A stretch of DNA of 12,320 nt from Archangium sp. (GTDB lineage Bacteria > Myxococcota > Myxococcia > Myxococcales > Myxococcaceae), in contig JANLPS010000218.1 of the NCBI GenBank assembly GCA_031367385.1, forward strand, positions 1-12,320. Direction: 5' to 3'. Of the stretch, positions 7,074 through 12,320 are shown piece after piece (the first letter of the stretch is position 1; the number at the start of each line of letters is the position of its first letter). Both the position numbers and the translations under genes were made by a program. The notes under the pieces were generated by a model, which searched no databases, was not told the DNA's origin, and was given only the letters and a program-made list of their open reading frames with translations.

Positions 7074-7757
7074 TTACTGTGCCCCCCTGAAGCTCCAGGC
7101 GTAGCGCTCGGTCACCGTCATTTCGCCCTGCGGCGCCTTCACCAGGGTGGTGCGATCGACCGGCAGCCCGGTTGCGTCAGCGATGCACACCTTCGAGCTG
7201 CCCATGTCTTTGCCCTCGACGAGCAACGAGAACTCCACCCGGTGGCAGGGCACGTCGCCGATGGTCTCGGCGCCAAGGTCTTTCGGGTCGACCGCGCGGG
7301 CCCACTCGCGAACGCCGCCGTTGGCATGCTCGAGGGGCTGATCGGCGGTCAAGGTGCCGACGGTGTGGAGCAGCCCCATGCGCACCATGGTCACGCCCAA
7401 CGTCTCGCTCAGCTCGGTGGGTATCGGCTCTTTGTGATTCGAGACCGAGGCGCCCTTCGAGAGCGAGCGGTTCTGGTCTCCGGTCTTGGTGTCGAGCTCG
7501 ACGTGCACCTGATCGCTGCCGAACTGGCCCTCAGAGCTCAGCGAGACCACGTTCTTCGAATACAAATCGAGTGTGCCGGTCAGCTGGGCCACCATCAGGC
7601 CCTTCGACTCGGTGACGAACGAGACCCGCGCGTCACGGGCATTGCTCACCGCGGCCTCGGCGGCCTCGAGCCGTTCAGCGGCGGTCGCGGTAGCGGGCAA
7701 CGGCTTGGGCCCACTCGCACAGGCGCCGAGCACACAGCACAACAGGGTTGCACGCAT
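7074..7757 (-). CDS. Lipoprotein, probable LolA/LppX-LprAFG-like fold (227 aa)
   Basis: Lipobox MRATLLCCVLGA|C. N-terminal helix then strand (AAERLEAAEAAVSNARDARVSF) and C-terminal LGAETIGDVPCHRVEF..KVCIADATGLPV resemble the GxETxDGxxxxxxx..xWIDxxTGLP pattern of LolA-like/LppX proteins. The start overlaps the upstream stop (TGATG at 7757). The CDS is solid; the fold is inference. Confidence 0.7.
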   Translation of the reverse strand: MRATLLCCVLGACASGPKPLPATATAAERLEAAEAAVSNARDARVSFVTESKGLMVAQLTGTLDLYSKNVVSLSSEGQFGSDQVHVELDTKTGDQNRSLSKGASVSNHKEPIPTELSETLGVTMVRMGLLHTVGTLTADQPLEHANGGVREWARAVDPKDLGAETIGDVPCHRVEFSLLVEGKDMGSSKVCIADATGLPVDRTTLVKAPQGEMTVTERYAWSFRGAQ

Positions 7758-8404
7758 CAGGGCACCTCGGCGATCGCAGTGGTGGTGGTGGTCGGCCCCT
7801 TCAGGGTGGCCAACAAGCGCTCGGCCTCGGTGGCGGTGACTCCGGCCTTGTCGACGGCCTTGGCCCGCAGCAGCGCCGCGCGGGCCTGTACGTGGTCGCC
7901 TTGTAGCTTGAGCGCGATGCCCAGGTTCAAGTGCACGAGCGGGTTGTCTTGGTCCATGTTCTCGGCTTCGCGAAAGGCGGCGAGCGCCAGCTCGAGGTCG
8001 CCCGACAGCAGCGCCTCTTTGCCCGCCTGCAGCTTTTTCTCAGAATCGTTGATCAATTCGATGTCGATGACGGTGCGCCCGGCCAGGTTGAAGACCAACA
8101 ACCGCAACAACCCTGCCCAGTAAAACGAGAGCCCCTCGGCCGCCGCCACCGCCGCGAAGGGTATGTCGGGCAGCAGCTGCTTGCCGCGAAACTTGAAGCG
8201 CACCTTGGTGTAGCGGCCCTTCTTGGCCATCTTGACCACCTGGTCTCCGAGCTTTCGCAGCGAAGCCTCGAGCTTCTTGGGGTCGATCTCGAAGGGCAGG
8301 GTGCGCTTGTCGTCATTGACCAGCTCGACCTCGCGAATCGGAGCCTTCAGGCGAGACGACGGCTTGGGCGCGGCTTTGACTGCCTTCTTCTTCTTCGTGG
8401 CCAT
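7757..8404 (-). CDS. TPR protein with N-terminal DUF4342-like domain (215 aa)
   Basis: Lys-rich N-terminus. VVKMAKKGRYTKVRFKFRGKQLLPDIPFAAV..hydrophobic..VIDIEL resembles the DUF4342 pattern as recalled. C-terminal TPR pair GKEALLSGDLELALAAFREAENMDQDN / VHLNLGIALKLQGDHVQARAALLRA. Confidence 0.78.
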   Translation of the reverse strand: MATKKKKAVKAAPKPSSRLKAPIREVELVNDDKRTLPFEIDPKKLEASLRKLGDQVVKMAKKGRYTKVRFKFRGKQLLPDIPFAAVAAAEGLSFYWAGLLRLLVFNLAGRTVIDIELINDSEKKLQAGKEALLSGDLELALAAFREAENMDQDNPLVHLNLGIALKLQGDHVQARAALLRAKAVDKAGVTATEAERLLATLKGPTTTTTAIAEVP

Positions 8405-8483
8405 GGGCGCGCAGGGTAGCCGCTCGGCGCCACGACTTGCATCAACTGATGGCGACTTGCGTGCTAGGTTCGGCCCGTTCTCA
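8405..8483. promoter_or_regulatory. Divergent promoter region with direct repeat and palindrome
   Basis: 79-bp gap between divergent ATGs (8404 minus, 8484 plus). CGACTTGC at 8433-8440 and 8453-8460; palindrome CATCA-AC-TGATG at 8440-8451; extended -10-like TGcTAGGTT at 8462-8470 (+); -10-like TACCCT at 8418-8413 (-). Confidence 0.5.
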
Positions 8484-10883
8484 ATGAGCGACGAGCCGGT
8501 TCAACTCTTTGTACGCACCGACAAGGGAGCGACGTACGGCCCCCTGGCGCCCACCAGCATCGAGCTGCTGCTCGACAACGGGGTGGTCACCGGGCGCGTG
8601 CAGATCTCCCTCGACGGGTTGAACTACGTCTTTCCGGGGCGGGTACCGGGCATTCGCATGGCCTTCCCCCGGGCGCTGTGGGGTGACGTGGTCGAACCCG
8701 GCGATGAGGCCGACGCGGCGTGGGGCAAAGCGGTGCTGCCTCCGACGATCGCGCTGCCGGCGACGCCGGTGTCGAGCCCGAGCCGAATCGCGGCCAACCC
8801 CAACGCCCAGAACCTCGCCGGCCCCGGAGCGCGCGCCCAAGCTCAACAAGCCCGCCCGGCCAGCCGGCCCTCGGGCATCGCGTCGCGCCCATCGCAGGTG
8901 CTCTCACCCTCGTCGCCTTCTGCAGTCGCTTCATCACCTTCGAATCTTCGAGCGGCCCCCGCAGCGCCGCAGGCCGTGGCCGCGCCTCCGACGCCCGCAC
9001 CCGCCGCGGCGGCAGAAGCAGAAGAAGAACCGCCGGTGCTCGACGCCACGGTCTCGGGGTCGGGTGAATTCAACGAGCTGGCCACCGACCCCGGCGAAAC
9101 CGTGCCCGGAGGCGGCAATGACCCCTCGGCCTTCGTGGCCGACGAGCTCTTGCCCAGCGGCACCCTGGCCGTGGTGGGGCCGATTCGGCTCTACTTCTTG
9201 GCGGCCGCGGCCGACCGCACCGGCCTGTTGACCCTGACCCTCGCAGACCGGGTCATTCAGATTCACTTTCGCAAAGGCACGCCCGAGTTCGTCGACTCGA
9301 ACCACGCTGAAGATGGCTTGGCGATTTTTCTGGTCAGAAAGCAGCTGCTGACCGCCGAGGTCATCTCTCAAGCCGAGGCGCAAAAGGCCCGCTTCGGCGG
9401 AGAGCTGCTGCCCGCGCTCTTCGCCCTGGGCCTGCTCAACCCGAACAACGTCTTCGCGCACCTCGGGCAACGCGCCGCCGATTTGATCTACCGCGCGCTC
9501 TTCGCCGAGAGCGGCAGCTACACCTTCAAGAACGCCGAGCTCTCAGCGACCAAGGCGATGCCGATGGGGCACAGGTGGGGCGTGTTCGTCGAGCAGCTGC
9601 GACGGGTGCCTGCCTCCGAGGTGCGGCGCCGCATGATGAGCGCCCTCGATAACCCGGTGATGAAGGGCACGGGCCCGGTGCCGGCGAACGATTTGAAGTT
9701 GAGCCCACAAGAGCTGCGCGCGTTGAATCACTTCGACGGGGTGCGCTCGCTCAACCAGCTGATGACGCAGATGCCCGCCGAAGCCGAGGTGATGCTGCGC
9801 ACCGCGTGGATGCTGCAGTTCTGCGACGTGGTCTCGTTCGCGGCTGCGGTGCTGAAGAACGAAGTGCCCCCGCCGCCCAAGCGCACCGTGACGCCGGTGA
9901 CCTCGCCGATGGCCGTGCCTCCGCCGGTGATTGGCGCGCCCGCTCCAGCCCCCTCGGCTCCCACGGTCCCCGGGCCTCCGGTGGCGGTGTCGAGCTCGTC
10001 TTCGGCGGTGCCCAAGCCGCCGGGCGTGCCTGGCAACCCTGCCGCGATGAACAAGCCGCAGACCGTCACGTACCCGACCACCAAGCCCAAGGCCGTGCCG
10101 CCTCCGGTGATGCAACCCACCGCGCCGGCCGCAGGGCCCGTGCTGGTGCCGGGGCCTCCGAAGATCTCAGCCCCGATGGCCAACGCGCCGGTGCCTCAAG
10201 CAGCGGCCAACCCGGCCGAGGTCAAGCAGCTGACCGACACGCTCGAGCTGATGCGAAAGCAGAACTACTTCGAGATTCTCGGAGTCGGCAAAGACGCAGA
10301 CTCCAGCACCGTGAAGATCGGCTACTTCAAGCTCGCCAAGCTCTACCACCCCGACACCATCCCCCATGGGACGCCGGACGTCGTGGCCAAGCTCAAGGGC
10401 GACATCTTCGCGCGGGTGGGAGACGCCAATCGCACGCTGAGCGACGCCAAGCTGCGCGTTGACTACGCCGCCGAGATCGCCGCTGGCGGTACCGGTGAGA
10501 AGGTCGACATCTCGAAGATTCTCGCGGCCGAAGAATTCTTTCAGAAGGGCATGATTCTCGTCAAAGCCCGCAAGTTCACCGAAGCGGTGAAGATGCTGAC
10601 CGACGCGATCAACGCCAGTGAAGTCGAGGCCGAATATTATGCCTGGCGCGGGTGGGCGAAGTTCTTTCTCCACGCTGACAAGGCCGAAGGTCGGGTCGAG
10701 GCGATGAAAGACATCTCAATCTGCGCCAAGAAAAACCCCAACATCGCCGCGATGTACTACTTCCAAGGGTACATGGCGAAGGTGCTGGGTGACCTGGCGA
10801 CCGCGAAGACCAACTTCACCAAGACGGTTCAGCTCGACCCCAGGCACATCGACGCGCAGCGTGAACTGCGCATGATGAAGTGA
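8484..10883 (+). CDS. Multidomain J-domain (DnaJ class C) protein: GYF_2-like, Pro/Ala linker, DUF4388/PATAN-like, Pro-rich linker, J-domain, TPRs (799 aa)
   Basis: FVRTDKGATYGPL (GYF_2-like). SGTLAVVGPIRL..RTGLLTL..IHFRKG..SN..DGLAIFLVRKQLLT (DUF4388-like). QNYFEILGV..YFKLAKLYHPD (HPD at 10347-10355)..TLSDAKLRVDY (J-domain). About three TPRs ending LDPRHIDAQRELRMMK. ATG 8484 avoids overlap with the divergent gene. Confidence 0.88.
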   Translation: MSDEPVQLFVRTDKGATYGPLAPTSIELLLDNGVVTGRVQISLDGLNYVFPGRVPGIRMAFPRALWGDVVEPGDEADAAWGKAVLPPTIALPATPVSSPSRIAANPNAQNLAGPGARAQAQQARPASRPSGIASRPSQVLSPSSPSAVASSPSNLRAAPAAPQAVAAPPTPAPAAAAEAEEEPPVLDATVSGSGEFNELATDPGETVPGGGNDPSAFVADELLPSGTLAVVGPIRLYFLAAAADRTGLLTLTLADRVIQIHFRKGTPEFVDSNHAEDGLAIFLVRKQLLTAEVISQAEAQKARFGGELLPALFALGLLNPNNVFAHLGQRAADLIYRALFAESGSYTFKNAELSATKAMPMGHRWGVFVEQLRRVPASEVRRRMMSALDNPVMKGTGPVPANDLKLSPQELRALNHFDGVRSLNQLMTQMPAEAEVMLRTAWMLQFCDVVSFAAAVLKNEVPPPPKRTVTPVTSPMAVPPPVIGAPAPAPSAPTVPGPPVAVSSSSSAVPKPPGVPGNPAAMNKPQTVTYPTTKPKAVPPPVMQPTAPAAGPVLVPGPPKISAPMANAPVPQAAANPAEVKQLTDTLELMRKQNYFEILGVGKDADSSTVKIGYFKLAKLYHPDTIPHGTPDVVAKLKGDIFARVGDANRTLSDAKLRVDYAAEIAAGGTGEKVDISKILAAEEFFQKGMILVKARKFTEAVKMLTDAINASEVEAEYYAWRGWAKFFLHADKAEGRVEAMKDISICAKKNPNIAAMYYFQGYMAKVLGDLATAKTNFTKTVQLDPRHIDAQRELRMMK

Positions 10884-10901
10884 AGAACGAGGCTTAATTT
10901 C

Positions 10902-11354
10902 GTGGCATTGACCGGTAAACAGAAACGAACGCTGCGCGCCCTGGGGCATCACCTGCAGGTCGTCGTGCACGTCGGCAAAGCAGGCGTCACCAAGGGCTTG
11001 GTGGCATCGACCGCTGAGGCGCTCAAGACGCATGAGCTCATCAAGGTGAAGATCGAGGCCGAGAAAGAAGACCGCGCCGAGGCGCTGGCCGAGCTCGCCA
11101 CCCAGACCGGAGCACAGGTCGCCCAGACCCTGGGTAAGACGGCGCTGCTGTTCAAGCAGCGAAAGAACAAGCCGAAGATCAAGCTCGACGCGCCGCCCAA
11201 GCCCACCAAGGGTGACGTGGTCGGCAAGGCCAAGGCCGACGACGCCGAAGACGAGCCTGTTGACGGCGAGGCCGACGAAGAAGACGAAGACGACGACGAC
11301 GACGACGAAGAAGAAGCCGACGACAGCGCCGACCCCGAAGACGACGAGGGCTAG
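10902..11354 (+). CDS. yhbY: YhbY / CRM-domain RNA-binding protein (ribosome maturation) with acidic C-terminal extension
   Basis: LTGKQKRTLRALGHHL..VHVGKAGVT..ALKTHELIKVKI..QVAQTLGKTALLF matches the CRS1/YhbY signature including the GxxG loop. About 50 extra C-terminal residues are mostly Asp/Glu after a Lys/Pro linker. Confidence 0.92.
   Translation: MALTGKQKRTLRALGHHLQVVVHVGKAGVTKGLVASTAEALKTHELIKVKIEAEKEDRAEALAELATQTGAQVAQTLGKTALLFKQRKNKPKIKLDAPPKPTKGDVVGKAKADDAEDEPVDGEADEEDEDDDDDDEEEADDSADPEDDEG
11274..11315 (+). repeat. Coding trinucleotide tract (GAC/GAA)14 including (GAC)6
   Basis: 14 consecutive GAM codons encode DEEDEDDDDDDEEE in the YhbY tail; perfect (GAC)6 at 11289-11306. Confidence 0.85.
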
Positions 11355-11363
11355 AACGAGCAC

Positions 11364-12119
11364 GTGTGGCGCGCCTGGGCCCTCGGAGCACTGGTGGTCT
11401 CGACCGCAGCGGTCGCGGCCAACCCCAAGGCGAGCGCGCTCGCCCGGCAGGCTGAGCAGCAATACAAAGAGGCCAAGTTCGAAGAAGCCGCGCAGAGCCT
11501 CCAGCAGGCCTACGACCTCGAGCCCAATGCGCACTTCTTGTTCAACCTGGCACGCGCGCTCGAGCAAGATGGCAAGACCGCCGTGGCGATCGAGACGTAC
11601 CGGCGCTACCTGGCGCTCCCGGTCGATGAGACCGAACCCGAGCTGGTGGCGCGCGCGAAGACCACCATCGCGGTGCGTACCCAGCGGCAGGCGGCGGTGA
11701 AGACCAAGGCCAGCCCCGGGCTGACCGCGACGCCGACGAAGTCGTCGAAGAGCAAGAGCAAAGACGCCGACAGCGAGGCTGATGCGGTGGCAACGCTGCC
11801 GACCGCCGGCCCGAGCCCGAAGCTGCCGGGGTTGCTGGTGACCGGAGCCTCGGTCGCCGCGTTCGCAGTGGGCGTCACCTTCGGGCTGCTGGCCAACGCG
11901 TCGCGGCAGTCGTTCGATCAAGCCGTTACCCAGCAGGCGAAGGCCTTCTTCGAGCAGACGGTGCGGACCAAGGCCCTGGTAGCCGACATCTGTTTCGCCG
12001 TCGGAGCCGTCGCGGCAGTCACCGCGGTCATCTTGTTGCTGCGAAGTGATGACGGGGTGGCGGTGGCGTTGGCTCCGGTGCCGCAGGGTGGGGTGTTCGC
12101 GATGGGGTGGCGGTTTTGA
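11364..12119 (+). CDS. Secreted TPR protein with C-terminal hydrophobic helical hairpin and terminal beta-hairpin (251 aa)
   Basis: Signal peptide MWRAWALGALVVSTAAVAA. TPRs AEQQYKEAKFEEAAQSLQQAYDLEP / FLFNLARALEQDGKTAVAIETYRRYL. K/S/T linker, two hydrophobic segments, and end VAVALAPVPQGGVFAMGWRF. Confidence 0.83.
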   Translation: MWRAWALGALVVSTAAVAANPKASALARQAEQQYKEAKFEEAAQSLQQAYDLEPNAHFLFNLARALEQDGKTAVAIETYRRYLALPVDETEPELVARAKTTIAVRTQRQAAVKTKASPGLTATPTKSSKSKSKDADSEADAVATLPTAGPSPKLPGLLVTGASVAAFAVGVTFGLLANASRQSFDQAVTQQAKAFFEQTVRTKALVADICFAVGAVAAVTAVILLLRSDDGVAVALAPVPQGGVFAMGWRF

Positions 12120-12320
12120 GAGCGGCCTGCCTTTTGGTGTTGCTCTCGGCGTGCTCGTTCACCACCGCCACCGGGTTCACCGAGTGCGTGCAAGACCTGC
12201 AGTGCGGCTCGAACCACTCGTGCGCCCGGGGGTACTGCGTGGCGATGGCCGAGGGGTGCAGCCGCTTCGAGGGGCCCTTCGAGTCGCCCGGAGTGATTCG
12301 CCTGGCCGCCCTGCTCCCGC
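12116..12320 (+). CDS. 5' part (partial) of a lipoprotein with a Cys-rich repeat, probably followed by a LivJ-type periplasmic binding domain
   Basis: Manual translation from TTG 12116 (TTGA overlap with the previous stop): MRAACLLVLLSA|CSFTTATGFTECVQDLQCGSNHSCARGYCVAMAEGCSRFEGPFESPGVIRLAALLP, with no stop to the window edge. Lipobox LSAC; CxxDxxCxxxxxCxxGxC repeat; IRLAALLP resembles the first strand (IKIGxLLPLTG) of branched-chain amino acid binding proteins. Confidence 0.75.
   Translation, partial: MRAACLLVLLSACSFTTATGFTECVQDLQCGSNHSCARGYCVAMAEGCSRFEGPFESPGVIRLAALLP

Noticed and set aside
8421..8442. Sigma-54 promoter-like CGGCGCCACGACTTGCAT
   Set aside because: GG-to-GC spacing is 11 nt rather than the strict 10 nt of -24/-12 promoters.
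8473..8481. GCCCGTTCT shared with the 4763-4771 intergenic repeat
   Set aside because: A GC-rich 9-mer can recur by chance in 12 kb; similar words also occur inside coding sequence.
10716..11921. 401-aa minus-strand ORF and other long antisense or alternate-frame ORFs (e.g. 7053-8123, 4752-5615, 861-1469, 5783-6451)
   Set aside because: They lie over well-supported genes, have Arg/Gly/Val-rich or low-complexity composition with no recognisable motif, and are expected shadows of high-GC codon bias.
1..12320. CRISPR array, IS/transposase, integrase, tRNA/rRNA, prophage or defence genes
   Set aside because: No regularly spaced repeats or catalytic motifs of these families were seen, and all intergenic gaps are 134 bp or shorter with no RNA-gene pattern.

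Overview
High-GC bacterial DNA whose protein architectures look like a myxobacterium (Myxococcota); this is inference from family content. Three blocks. (1) 1-5738, + strand: a tandem array of at least three paralogous lipoprotein genes (one truncated by the window edge, two complete at ~740-750 aa). They are built from prealbumin/Ig/FN3-like beta modules and end in a 4-Cys CBM-like jelly-roll domain. An intrinsic terminator follows, then a FadL/PorV-like outer-membrane beta-barrel gene. (2) 5747-8404, - strand: a probable operon of DUF4342-like+TPR protein, LolA/LppX-like lipoprotein, FA2H/Scs7-like fatty acid hydroxylase and SCO-family protein. (3) 8484-12320, + strand: a probable operon of a GYF-like/DUF4388/J-domain/TPR protein, YhbY with an acidic tail, a secreted TPR protein with a hydrophobic hairpin, and a Cys-rich lipoprotein running off the window (absent from the ORF track). 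No rRNA, tRNA, CRISPR array or transposase was seen. All family calls come from motif recognition by eye; no searches were run. The best candidates for undescribed systems are the lipoprotein array with its neighbouring barrel and the lipid hydroxylase/lipid-carrier/SCO operon.
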